A DNA stretch of 64,000 nt from Fistulifera solaris. Lineage: Eukaryota. The notes under the pieces are model-generated. The model was given only the letters and a program-made list of their open reading frames with translations. It was not told where the DNA came from and searched no databases. Location of the stretch: the NCBI GenBank assembly GCA_030295235.1, contig AP026125.1:682001-746000 (forward strand). Direction: 5' to 3'. The translations under genes and the position numbers were made by a program. The number at the start of each line of letters is the position of its first letter. Positions within the stretch are counted from its first letter, which is position 1. Positions 12,136 through 24,932 of this stretch are shown in pieces.

Positions 12136-13432
12136 ATGTCGCACGATGAGACTGAGCAAACATCTGATGATGGACGCAACTCCTTTCCTGTACTTTTTCA
12201 TCGCTTACTAACAACCGTTTCGAAGAAATCTCCTCATCTCATGGGATGGGGGGATCGCGGAACAACGTTTTACATGGTGTGCTCCGGCAATGAAGAAGAA
12301 ATGCAAAAGGCCATCACCCCTTTCTTTGCGCGTGAGTGTGAATTCTCTTTTAAACTTTTTTCGATAATCTTCTCCTCACGCATGTTATGTATTTGTTTCT
12401 CAGATGGAAACTTCGCATCCATGCGGAGACAGCTTAGTTCATACAGATTTTCGAGAGGAAAGAATGGTCATTGGTATCATCCACGATTCCACAAGAAGTC
12501 AACACCTGCGGACCTTTTCTTTATTCAAGGAAACCGGCGAAAACGCAATGAATATAGAGAACAATTACAACAAAGCAAGAAAGAATCGTTCAATTCAAAC
12601 GCGCGAACAGGGAGATCGGCCTTTGCACCACGAAACATGAAGGGGAACGGTCCGCTGTCGAATGTCGATATCAACGCAATTAATGCTCACGAAGCGCATG
12701 AACAGGAGAGAGCCTTTCCAGAGAAACTTGGTGAAATGCTGGATAGTCTGTCCCCTAAATACCCTCGCCTTCTTGGGTGGTCTCGTGACGGAAAAGCCTT
12801 CTTCATCGACCGGAGATTGTTTGAGGATCATCCTTCGAAAGTCAAAGTATTTTTTCCTCGTAAGTTGCCATGCCCACGCTGTTCGTCATTTCTACGCAAT
12901 CTAACATTTACTTTTCAACCAGGCGATAATCTGAGGAACTTTCAACGTCAACTGAGTGCTTGCGGTTTTCGCCGGCATCCCAGTGGAACGTAAGTCACAT
13001 CTTTCGACCTCGTTTCAAACTGTTCTTGCATCCTCTTACAAGCTAGGCTTTCCTTTTATATCTAGTTTGGAGGGTTATTGGTACCATCCGCATTTCTCGT
13101 CAAAGCAAACGATTCTGCCTTCGTCAGCGTCAAATCCGTCAGATCCAACATCTTTTGAGTCAGCCGATTTTGACTCTGACGACTCGGATGTCATTGACGA
13201 ATCGCCTGTGTTCCTCGGTAGTACCTGTCCTCTTACGACGGTTATCGATGGAATGCGTGCAGCAGACATCACGAAACGAAACATTCTAGGTGCTTTTTAC
13301 TGTAAAAGATGTCTCTATATGGAAGGCAAGGTGTGTTGTGACAAGTGCCCTAGCCTACATCATGGAAATTGCCACACTAGTCGATGTGTTAGTCATGTTC
13401 AACATGCCGATTTCGTGCATCTTACGACATAA
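12136..13432 (+). CDS. HSF-type protein with two tandem DNA-binding domains and a Cys/His-rich tail
   Basis: DBD-A: SFPVLFHRLL..MGWGDRGTTF..HGNFASMRRQLSSYRF..WYHPRF. DBD-B: AFPEKLGEML..LGWSRDGKAF..NLRNFQRQLSACGF..WYHPHF. Introns 12332-12403, 12860-12922 and 12990-13065 all splice in frame. Confidence 0.82.
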
Positions 13433-13447
13433 ATATATTAAGAGCCT

Positions 13448-14688
13448 TTATAATAAAAAAATCTTTGATCTTTGTTTTATATATCTGACTGGGGTTCCGT
13501 CTTCTTCTCGATTACCAGCCCCCGTCGCTTCAGCTCTTTTCCCATTCACGGTCTTCGCCAAGGTCCTTTTCGTGGATCCATCCATGCGTTTCGACTTTAT
13601 GCTGCCCAACGTAGGGGAGAAGTCCCAAGCTACGAGCACGTTTTACCAGCTTTGCTACGCGGCGCTGGTCACGAGCTCCGAGTCTCGTTTGAATGCGATG
13701 TTTAATCTGACCCGTTGGGTTCAAAAAGCGTTGAAGGAGAGGAATGTTATTGTGGTGCAAAACGTTTACAGGAATTTGCTTGGCTCTCTTGCGATTCACC
13801 AGCCGAGATGGACTTAAATCTCCAGGCATGAGATCCGAATATGGGTTGTCATCGAGAAAGTCGTCCATCTGTCGCTGCGCCCTGGCGGTGAGCCATTTCA
13901 AAGCCAACTCCTGTTCATCGGGATCCAAGTCATCGTCCTTCTTCTTTTGAGGTGCAGAAGAAGCAGTAGGAATGTGATCTTCATCAATTTCTAGCTTAAA
14001 CTCCTTTTTCATGAACTTGGAAAAAGCTTTGAATTCCGATCCTGAAAGCGGCTTTGTAAAGCTTTCACCAGAAGACTGCTCAATATCGGCACTTTGCGGC
14101 GCACTGCTGGTCGAACGAGGGCTGCGACCGAGAACGTTCAGCCCTAGATTTGTCTTGCGAATTCGTTCACCAAGCTTATTGAGCTCAACGGGAATCCCAA
14201 TCTCATCTGTTCCCGACTCTTGCCAGTGCTTCTCAAGGCTTTTGAGAAGCCATTTCTCTTGATCGATAGGATCCGCTTTCAAAATGCGCTTTTCCTCTTC
14301 TGTAAGTTCCTTTTTGATAACACCCGTCAATCTACCGGTTGTGGCATCTCGTTCGTAAATGGGAGGAAGTTCTTTTTCGGGGCCGATCCTTCCCTCACCG
14401 TCTTCGTAATTCAATCCGAATGGATCGTCCCAGGTGTCTTCGGCGGAGACTGCGTCTTCCGCGACGTCCGGTGGTAAAGCGTCTTCTTCTTGAAATTCCT
14501 CATCAAACGCTACTTTCACTCCTTTTCGTCCCTTTGGCTTTTTTATCGTCACTAGAAAAGAACCGCTTGCTGGCGGTAAGTGATTGCAAGGTAAACGATC
14601 GATGGGTATCAACAATTCGAAGATTTCCGAACGAGGACGACGAAATTGAAACCCGAGCGAGTTTGGTTAAAAGCGATCGAGTTGCCAT
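13448..14688 (-). CDS. MRPS18: Mitochondrial ribosomal protein S18 (bS18m), extended
   Basis: Arg/Ser-rich mitochondrial presequence; S18 core NIPLLQRFLNPTGQIKHRIQTRLGARDQRRVAKLVKRARSLGLLPY. Apparent frameshifts near 14520 and 13535. Confidence 0.8.
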
Positions 14689-15020
14689 TTTGATTTTAGA
14701 AATAGATGGCTAATAATCAAATGAAGAAGTCAGTTCACAGCGATCTTTCCATCATGGTGTGTTGACGATGCTGGCCAGCCGCTCATTCGTTATGTGAGTG
14801 TGCGAAAGCGGTTCGATGAACAGGCCGAACGGTACTGCATTGCTTATTGACATAACCAAAGTATGTCTCACCGTGAAACGTAACCTCAGCTGTAATGCGG
14901 TACAAGTACCGCATTTATTTTGTGGTCTTCCAAAAGCTAGCGAGAGAAGTAAACGAAAAGCAAGTTTGAATCTGGTAAAATACAATGCATCATTATATAA
15001 TAAATATAGCGGGGAACTAA

Positions 15021-17348
15021 CTAATTTGAATCCTTGTAATCCGCTCGGAAATGATCAGCAGCGTTCGGAGGAAGGTGCGCTAAGTGATCCAAGTCCACGG
15101 CATTGCATTGATCAGAATGGGACCAATGGTAGGTAGTAGCAAAGACAAGAAAATGTAAAACAAGAACATAAAAGAACAGAGCAGTTCGCATCTCACGGGT
15201 GGCTTGCGTTATAATAAGAACGTTCTTTGAGTAAAACCGTGCAATAGATCAATTTTTATCCCGCAACAAATGACGTACCTAAGACTGTTTTAGCGACAAC
15301 AAACACTGTTCGCTCCATTGGAGGCATTTCGTTTAGCTTGCGTTGACGCTCCGCTCTACTAAATTGGCGGAAAGGATCAACAGAAGCTTCATAGCGCTGC
15401 TCTAATGCCTCTAGATCCATATCATGATCAGGCTTAAAGCCACGGTTGTTTTTGCTGGAGAAATTTTGCAGATAGCGAACTTTTTCGTAAAGCTTGGTGT
15501 TATCCGCCTTAAGAGAATCAGAGGCGGATACTTGTGCTTGTAGTTCACGCTTGAATGAGTCTCGTTCAGCTTCGAGAGCTTCGCATCGCGCTCTCAGTCT
15601 ATCTCGCTGTGCCATAACAATGGTCGCAACCGAATGGTCGTCTTCGGATTGTTCTGTCGACTTTTTCGAGACAACGGGTTCTTTTGCTACAACTTTGGAA
15701 CTTGGCCGTTCAGCTGATGCCTCCAAAACACTTTGAAGAATATCGGAGTTCTCAGTTTGAGGGACCAGGAGTGCTGGACTGGCCTGTGGTGGCGTACGAG
15801 CTGCGATAGCTCTAGCCAAATCGGCTTCTAGAGAAGCCAACAACTTCTCTTGCTCCTTCTTCGTATTCTCCATCTCTTTTAATTGGGCTTGTAGCTTCGT
15901 ACATTCCTTTTCCAGTTCATCTCGACTTACACGCTCCGTCACGAGCTCTGACTCTGCTTTCTTCAGCTTCGACACTAACACCGATTCTAGGTCTGTCACA
16001 TCATCCTGGTTACCAGCTATTTCAGGGTTCTGATCAGTGTCGGCGTTGTACTCTAAGCGCTTCAAAATACGGAGCTCTCGTCTCATCGTTTCCACAAGTT
16101 GTGGACTCCGGAGCTGTAGCCAGATCTTGTTGCAAAGAGTCCAATTTCAGTTGCATTTGTCTTTTCTCTCGTTCGTAGGAATCCATTTTTGTCCTGGAAA
16201 TTCGTCTTTCTTCCGTAAGTTCATCATCCTTTTACGTAGCTCCTCTCGAAGTAGATTGGCTGTTTGGGCTAGTTCGGCAACCTGTAAAAATAGTTGAGAG
16301 CCATCTAACTATGTGTTGATGTAAGGACATGGAGACGATAACTTACCTCGGCTTCGTACGCGTCACGCTCCAAGATGAGTTCCTCAACTTGATTTCCGCC
16401 TGAAAAGTGCGCGTCACCACTTTTGCCTTGCAGCGCAGCCACTTTCAGTTGCAATTCGTCTTTTTCCTGCGTTGTGATTTGAACGACTTCTCTGAGACGT
16501 TCCAGATCGTCCGTGAAAATTTGCTTTTGTGCCTCCCACGCCGCCTCTCTTTGCGAAACACCTTCGTCTGCATCAAGCAGATGAGCCTGGGTTGCTTCAC
16601 GTCCCGCACGTTCCGCTTTCAGCTCTAGTTCCAACTTTTGCACTTTTCGTGCCATTGAAGCCTCGCGCTCTAAAGCTTCTGCAGCTCTGCGTCCTTCCGT
16701 GTCGATCAGTTCCTCCCGCGCTTTGGCGAGTTGCTCCTGTAACTGTTCCTCAGCTACCGCTTGTAATTCAACAATCTTCGCTTCAAGTTTACGGATGGTA
16801 ATATCTTGGTTCTTCAGCGACCGAAACTCTACTTCGTATTCCGCTACTTCTCGGCGTAATTCCATCAGTTCATCCCGTTCTTGCGTCGATAAGCCGCTAC
16901 TTGACTGGGGCGCCTTTCGCGTCTGCACTTCTTCAGCGCACGACAGGAGTATGATCGCCGGGTCGGGGAGCTCTTGAAGAGTCTGAGCAAGCGAGGTGTA
17001 AGCGCTTTCTATCGATTTGCACCGACGCGTAAGATTGTCAATTTCCTCTTTGTACGAGTTGACGATACGTTTCGCATCACTTGTGACACTGTCGACGGCT
17101 TGAATAGCTGTCGCTACATTTTCTGGCGTGGCCTCTTCGGTCAACGATGACCCAGTCTGTGACAGCGTCTTAATGGATTTTTTGAATTGTTTTGTAACAT
17201 CCGCCAAGTTCTTACGAGCAGCTAGCGACTGTTCACGGGCCTCAACGCTCGCTTGAAGCGTCGGCTCAATTTGCGACTTTTGTGATAGGTTCCATTCTTT
17301 CCATTTCTCCGCGGCTTCGGAAATTTCTTGCAAGGGCACTGTCCGCAT
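15021..17348 (-). CDS. CASP: Golgin CASP / CUX1-like (COY1) coiled-coil tail-anchored protein
   Basis: SLAARKNLADVTKQFKK, YKEEIDNLTRRCK, LKNQDITIRKLE, QRDRLRAR..LE, LKADNTKLYEKVRYLQ, YEASVDPFRQF, and a C-terminal TM with Y...H (FFYVLVLHFLVF). Introns near 16346-16283 and 15277-15200. Confidence 0.88.
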
Positions 17349-18123
17349 TTTTATCTAATCCAATTTTCGGTGCAATCAACGGCAGCTTAGAAAGATAATG
17401 TCAATAATGCAATCGAACTTGTGCAATGACCGTTTCGATTTTGAAGCTCACGTTGGTTTTATACAGTAAGGGTTAGCCGTCTCTACATGCTGACGTCGAC
17501 TATAGAAGAGATAGTAGAATTATTTCCAGTCACGGTTTCCCAGTTTTGTCACGAGTCTGAAAGTGGGTCCGGTCTGTCCGTGCGTCCCCAAAGACATCTT
17601 TCGACAAACGCTCCGACATGTCGCACTTGATAAGTACCGCTCCGAGCCCAAGGCTACTTACTTCATCCACATTGGCTTAGAACCTACTTTACGATGCTAG
17701 TGTATCAAACCGTGAATTTTTGCTCCAAAATGCAAGGGGGTTGCCCATGATTTTGGCCCATTCCTTTGCACCCACTTCATTGAATCGCAACAATCGATTT
17801 TGGGACGGAAAATCTTTCGTTTCGTGGCAGTTCTTTCGTGAACATTATCTTTCTTCCTCAATACGATGGTATGACGACGGAATGACGCCGAAGGCACGTA
17901 AAGTTAGCAAAATACAAATGGTTGTCAAGCTGTGAACAGTGAACACAACATGGTATATTCATTCATGGTCATTAACGCACTCAAAGCCCAGTTATACAGT
18001 CTATGCTACATCTGGTAGTCTGAAAAGAAGCGTCAATGGGAGTCATTGCCAATTCCTTACGAAAACCAAGTATCGAGAATGCTGCGAAAACGTCTCCTCT
18101 AGCAACCGGAAATATATCGACGC

Positions 18124-21100
18124 TTATGCAGACGGAACCAAATCACGAAGCATTGCATTAACCACGGCCTTCCTTGACAGTGGGGAGCTTACGAGCGCAA
18201 ACAACGCCGAACGACTGTCACTTCGGAAATAGAGGGCTTGTCTTCCAGGGTTGTTTCCTTGATCATCTGATACTGCGAATATACACAAAATATGATGACC
18301 GGAGAGAGTAGAAAAGGCCCATGCGCTGGCAGCAAATCCGCCGGGGATAGCCTCTCCGGGCCAATTTAGCTTGGACATGGTAGCAATCTTTTTCGAAATA
18401 GGGTCATTTATCTCTTGTTGTGGACGACTTTCTTCTTGGTCCTTTCGCTCAAGTTTCACAGGAGGTAGCTGATGTGTCATCCGAAACCAGAGAAACCGAA
18501 ACGCTTCGTAGTCACCACATCGATCCACAAAAAACACCAATCGGCAAGGTTGCAAACCAGCCATTGGCGGCAGTTGAAAAAGATCGCCTGCAACTACAAC
18601 TTTTGTAAACTTAGGGGTGTCTGCTTGCGAGCCATTTTCACTCGTAATAAGAAAATCATCTTCGCCGCTTTTACTCCCCGTTTCAACGACGCTTTCAGAG
18701 GAAACAGTAGCACCCGTATTGATGTCCAAGCTCACTCTCACGAGACCGCTTTCTTCGGGTTCAATATTCATCTTCGGGTAAATTACAGATGGTCGCAATT
18801 CCAGAGCGCAAGAAGAAGATGAATATTCTTGACCCAATGCAATGGCCCACGTAAGCGAATCCCCAGCTTTAACCTCCTGGCGGTAGACAGTTGATGTAGA
18901 GAATGGAAGCGGTGCCTCAATCATGAGTTCGCCGAACGACATGTTCAACGATTCAGCGAAGTGCTTTCCAACTGTATCATCGGCTGGTTCGCACAACGTC
19001 GAACTAACTTCCAAGCAAATCCCTTCCATAAAATCAATCGCCGTCATGTTGAAAATGCGGATAAAAATTCCGATCCGAAATTCGTCTTCGCCGTCAAGTC
19101 GTAAAAGTCGTTGGGGCGTAGCTGCCATTGTTATTTGAGTAGCATCCGATGCAGCAGAGCAAGATTTGACCCAAACATCAGACGCTGCCAGCGGATTCCC
19201 AAACGTTCCTAACTGACGGCCGTCGCGTGCGTCATTCACAGGTGGTATTGTCAGGCGCATCGGAGAAATTGCACGAGCGTACACATTCGAATCGACGGTA
19301 GTAGAGGAATAAATTGCGTGCCGGGTTCGAGAAATAACAATCTGGCGACAAAGCTGCATCCAGAAGCCTCGCTGAAAAGCATCTATAGAAACAGGAGCTG
19401 GTTTGGTCGAAGAAATAAGAGGCTTTATTTTTGTTTTGACTGGCTGGATGACCAATTCAGACAAAGAAAACTCGGTGCCACCTTCTGGACCGCTTTCATA
19501 GTGACTTTGGATCCGTCTGATTGCCGCTTCGCTGACAGGAAGAATAATTGTGGTAACTATCTCTTCGGAAAGCATATCATCTGCCTTTGCTTGTAAACTC
19601 GCGACAGCAGCTGATATTAGTTGCTTGGCATCTGACCCACCGAAACGTCGTCTCCACCCCACAGCGGTCAACGCGATGTTTTCAATGCATGCAACACACA
19701 TTTTGACTGTCTCTCCTGCTAATTTTTTCACCGAATCTCTCTTTGGCCGCCCGTCAGGGTTGACAATGGGAACGTGTGATGCATAAATAATTTTCACAAT
19801 GCGTTGAGGACTGAGGGCAGTAATGATATCCTTGCCGCTTTTTACATTGAGACTTGTTGTACCAGTACCAGTGACGGCCTCGAAATCACTTTGAGCGGCT
19901 GAAACCATATACTGTACCCAGTGATCGGCCGCCAAAGTTAACAAGAAGAGTCGCATGTGGTGCGAAGGGACTCCATGATGCAGCTCTTGTGCCACAAGCT
20001 CGTCCATCAGTTTTGTTGTTGCGACAGGGGGCCTTTATCACTTGTCTCAAATTTCGATAGTAGAGCAGCTGAATCCATCATACGGTCCCAAAGTACATGT
20101 GGGGGACAAGCATTCGTAGCTAGCTTCAAGGAAACAGATGTAGAAGGCTCTAACAATCCCACGCCGTGTAAGTAATCTTGAAGGAGCTGCACGTAAGCTG
20201 TCAATCCTGCAGTAGTCAGCGTAACGTCCTCATCGAGATAGGCTAATTTGGGACCCGACAAAACAGAAGGCACAAATGCCCTGAGTATACTCCAACTAAG
20301 ATAAAACCATTTTTCAATGCTTCACTGTTCGTCGACGCAGGAGTTCCATCTGGAGCAAGCCTAAAGCTACGGCCGATATCGAGAGCAACCGTAGCCAAAA
20401 CTAGGAGCATCTCATCTTTAATGGGTGACAAACTCCCTTCGTCATCGTCTATATTTTGTATAGCAGCGGATAGGAAAGTCTCGAAATGATCCGACGCCGC
20501 TGAAGAATCGTGATCATCCACAAAAAAGCAGAGAGCCATTTCAGTAAATAGGCCAACGCGAGTTGGAAGCCGATATCCTTTCCAGCCTTGCCAAGAAATC
20601 AGCAGTCCTGCCGTAGAAACAGACGATGATATCGACATAGACGCTGGTAGCTTGACCAGCTGCTGCACCAAAAACACCAATCGCGCAGTTCGTTCCGCTA
20701 ATGGCAATGCGCGACAAGCGATGACAGCAGCTGCCAGTCCAGCTAGTTTCTGCTCGAGCGGCAGGTCTGTCTCCATCAGATCTTCGCACAGAACGACAGC
20801 GCTATATTGATTAATGATAGCTGCCCATGGCGTGTGAGGGCAGGCATTGGCTAGTCGTAAACCGGAGAGTGCCGCCGCCCGCGCCACTGCGCCGTCTGTA
20901 CTCGTTTGCAAGAGAGGCAGAACCAGCGCGTTGACTGCCGTGTCTACCAGATTCCTCGCATCCACTTCTGACCATCGTTTCGAAAAGACTGCACGGTCCA
21001 TAAGACTCAATGTGGCCGGTGTGGTACGTACTATATGAATGAGACAAGCGGTTACGCAAGGCAAGGCGGCAGCAACAAAGGCGGTATCCGAGTATTGCGA

Positions 21101-21892
21101 AATTCGATCCAGAATTTGTAGTAGCCTCGGTGACAAAACATTTTCTTGAACTCGGATTTGTAGTTCCGCCATGGGTATGGACGGGTCTTCGTCGACAACG
21201 GCCCGAAGTGTCGGCGCATAGGGAGACGAGCGTCCAAAAGCAATGCTTTGGATCTGATAAAGTAGTTCGTCGTGAACGACGGTTCCAGGAATCGTAGAAG
21301 ACGACAATATGAGCGTTCCTATGGCTTCCATTGCCGAAGCAGAGACGCCGTCATCTTCATCGTCCAAAACCACAGTAGCGAGGGCAACTGTTACATCCGT
21401 GCCGATTTCATCTTCCAACCGATTGACGGCTGGATCGCGAACGGAATACAAGAGCGGCGAATGCCTGATTCTGGCGTACGCAGAACGAGCGACAATTGCT
21501 AAGGTCTCACATGCTAATATGCGACATCGACGGTCTTTGTGACTTTGCATGCATTCCTGAAGCGCAGCGATGCACGTGGAAATGGATGTAACATACGATG
21601 GGTCATGGAAGAGATCCGAAGAAGCATTGTTTGTTGTATCCTGAAAGATCGTATTCGACCCGTGCCCAGCAAATTGACAAAGCTGCAAGCAAGCCTTTGC
21701 GACGGAAGCGTATGCAGATTGGTCATCTCTAAGCGGAGTTAGGCATGACGATGGATCTGATGTTCGAGCAGGAAATTCCAGCTCCGGCTGTATCAATTCA
21801 CTCTCGTCTCGCTTCCCTGTACCAGCTCCAGCATTTTGATTCTCGTCATTGAGTTGATTGGAAGCAAGGGGAGTTGCGACTTGAGCACTCAT
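18124..21892 (-). CDS. Large HEAT/ARM solenoid protein with beta-COP/TPLATE-like C-terminal appendage (about 1250 aa after joining frameshifted ORFs)
   Basis: Three consecutive ORFs (21892-20243, 20273-20007, 20007-18124). Helical HEAT-like N-terminus; the C-terminal motif order matches coat large-subunit appendages (see findings). Confidence 0.6.
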
Positions 21893-21996
21893 CGTTTATT
21901 TAGCATTTGTTGCACTTTGGCAACTTGTTGCTTTTTGTTGCATATGAAAAAAAAAAGGTCCGCGTGTGTGTGCGGCGAACATGCGGCTGTGTACCG

Positions 21997-22012
21997 TACC
22001 AGGTACCTGGTA
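21997..22012. promoter_or_regulatory. 16-bp perfect palindrome TACCAGGTACCTGGTA (two overlapping TACCWGGTA motifs) in a divergent promoter
   Basis: Seen directly. The same 9-mer recurs upstream of other genes at 8144, 8398, 22289, 24912 and 52313. Function is inferred. Confidence 0.45.
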
Positions 22013-22486
22013 AGGGGGCAACTGCGGAAACTGCGGATACTATCGTCCAACATGTAGGCGACAAATATTATGATGACTGGATTTCAGTCATGAAACGAAT
22101 ATTGTAATCTTTACTTTTTTGTTGCTCGCATCCACCATGACCATTGTAAGCATTCCTTAATCGTTTGTGCTATTCTTCTGCAAAGCGTTTACGTTCTGAA
22201 CTGAAACTGAAACTGAAGCAATAAAATACGCCGAATAGGAGGGTCAAACTTTCCAAATTTGAAATTCAATATATTGATGTCCGAGTGGTACCTGGTAGTT
22301 TCCTGCTATACGCTATCGTGTACCGTGTTCGGGTTCTGATCGAGTGTCACTTTTTCGTAAAAACAAAATGCGAACACGGAACGGAGAATAATGGTTGGCA
22401 CACTTGTTCTGCGACTTCAAACTATTTACGAGAATGACACCATCATTAATTTCGTAACAACCAAACAACAGCAAAACATAAACAAA

Positions 22487-24618
22487 ATGGCCGAAGAGCC
22501 AATGACAGAAGCCGAGCCCATAGTGGGAGAGGACGCCACCCACGATGAGACCATTCTTTTGGACGACGCGATTCATTTAGATGACACGAGGCACACAAGA
22601 GGGGGAGGTCCACCCGATCACTCGACAAGAATTGGTCGCATTTACCATGTTACCTCCCAAAAAGTGATCACACCGGCTCATTCGTTTACTTCGGAAGCTC
22701 AGCGTCAACTGAAAGCGAATAACAAAGAGGAAGAAGAGAATGCAACGTGGAGAGATGTTGCGGCTGCCTGCTTTTGCCATTCTGCTGCACAATGGAGAGA
22801 TATTTTCCTGGGCGCTATTCTTCTCTGTGGTTTTCTATACTTCTTTCTCATCGGATTGGATTTGCTTGGCACGTCCTTTCAAGTCGTCGGAGGATGCACA
22901 GCAGGCTCATTGCTCGGCAGCGACACGAATCCATTGGCAAGTCTAATGATCGGAATAGTCGCCACCGCTTTGTTGCACTCGTCTGCGACGGCGACGGCAA
23001 TCATTGTATCGCTCGTCAACGGAGGACTGGATGTGGATCAGGGAATTTACATGGTAATGGGAGCAAACATCGGGACGAGTGTGACCAGCATGATCGTATC
23101 GCTTGCGCACATGGGTGATGGCGAGGAGTTGGAGCGCGCTTTCGGTGGATGCTCCACGCTATTTGTGTTCAATTTTTATACCGTGCTGGTGCTGTTTCCT
23201 CTCGAAATAGCAACGAAGTATTTGTATCATCTCACCAAGGCGATGCTACCTTCGTCCAGCAGTCGGCAGGAAGGTGAAAGCTGGGAAAGTCCTATCAAGA
23301 AAATCATTTCACCACTGACCAAAAAGGTACTTATCGCCAACAAAGGACTGATAGATGACATATCAACGGGAGAATTGGAGGGATGTGGATCCGTGTACCC
23401 AACTTTTTGTGAAGGTGGCGATGTATCCTACGCTTCGTGCAAACAAGGCCTTATTGCCTGCGACAAGAAGACGAATAAATGTCCGACTTTGTTTCAAAAT
23501 GGGGCGGACAAACGAGACGACATGGTTTCAGGATGGGTATGTCTTTTCATTTCGTTATGTCTGCTCATTACTTGTCTCCTTGGCCTCGTAGCACTACTCC
23601 ACAGAATGCTAGAGGGCGCTTCGAAGCGAATCATATACAAAGCGACAAACATCAACGGCTACTTCTCTATTGCCATTGGGTGCGGAGTCACGGCTGTGGT
23701 CCAGAGTTCTTCGGTCACTGTCTCTGCGCTGGTCCCTCTGGTACGTAAAACAAAGTGAACAGTGAACTATCGTTCAACACCAGTCTCTGACGATCACTCT
23801 TCTTTCAGGCCGGTGTAGGGATTCTCTCCTTGGAACAAATGTTCCCTCTCGTTATCGGGGCAGATATTGGAACAACGGTTACTGCATTAATGGCTTCCAT
23901 GGTGAGCAGCAAAGTCGAAGCGTTACAAATAGCTTTGGTGCATGTATTTTTCAATATAACCGGGGCGGTGCTGTGGTATCCTGTCCCATTTTTGCGACAA
24001 ATACCACTTAAAACGGCTCGTAAACTGGGACGAATTACAAGAGAGTGGCGAAACTTCCCTGTTCTCTTCATCTTGGTCGTCTATCATCTCCTTCCGATTC
24101 TGATTCTGGGTATTAGCAGTTGCTTTGAAAGAGACAGCAAAGGATTCCGAGCGTTGGGAACTTTCCTGACAATTATCATTGCTGCAAGCATTCTGTACTT
24201 AATTTACTGGTGGAATTTCAATCGGGGCCGAGAGAAGACTCGAGCATGGCAAACCCGTCGACAACGACGCCGTGCCGCTTTAGAGCAACTAGCCGACGAC
24301 ATGGATTATTGCAAGTGCGATATTGAGTACGTGAAGAATGAAGTTGGGCGCCTCAAGGATCTGGCGGGTATCAATGTTGAAGAAGGTGTCGCTTTGCAAG
24401 AAAAGCAATCGTCTCATCGACGAGTCGGTAGCCACGGGCAGGATATGTTGACCGGAGAAGACCACGTGTCCCTCTATCATTCCTGTCAATCGCAATCTTG
24501 GGCCAATGTCATTGCTTCTGCCGGCGGATCTTTGAGAGGATCTTTGCATTCCATATTCGAGCCTACGAATGCGTCAGCGGTGCAAGAAATTGATGATACT
24601 TATGATGATGGCAAGTAG
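22487..24618 (+). CDS. Sodium/phosphate cotransporter, SLC34 (NaPi-II/NptA) family
   Basis: NPLASLMIGIVATALL-HSSA-TATAIIVSLV, MGANIGTSVT, VQSSSV, GADIGTT.TA, ALQIALVHVFFN. Intron 23741-23808. Confidence 0.92.
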
Positions 24619-24932
24619 AAATAACGATCATTGTAACAAGCGGTGGAAAATGACAGCGTCGTCGGTCGTCCTATAAAAAAAATACGGCGTGCTCACTCCG
24701 TACTCCTATAAGAGGAGATGACTGTAAAACCTTAAGTGCTTTCCCTGTCATACAGCTTCCTTTTTATTAAGTGTAGTTTCTGCTCATTACCGGTAGTAGT
24801 ATCGGTCAGAAAGTATTGTAATTGCTTTCCGAACTCGCAAGAGGGTCGTCACCGCGAAGCGCCTCTCTCTCGTGTTGTCATTTCCCGGTTGGATTCTCGT
24901 GCGATCATAGATACCTGGTAACTCTTGAAACC

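Noticed and set aside
17524..17555. Resemblance to the M13/lacZ primer site (TTCCCAGTCACGAC)
   Set aside because: Only a partial, interrupted match with no flanking vector sequence.
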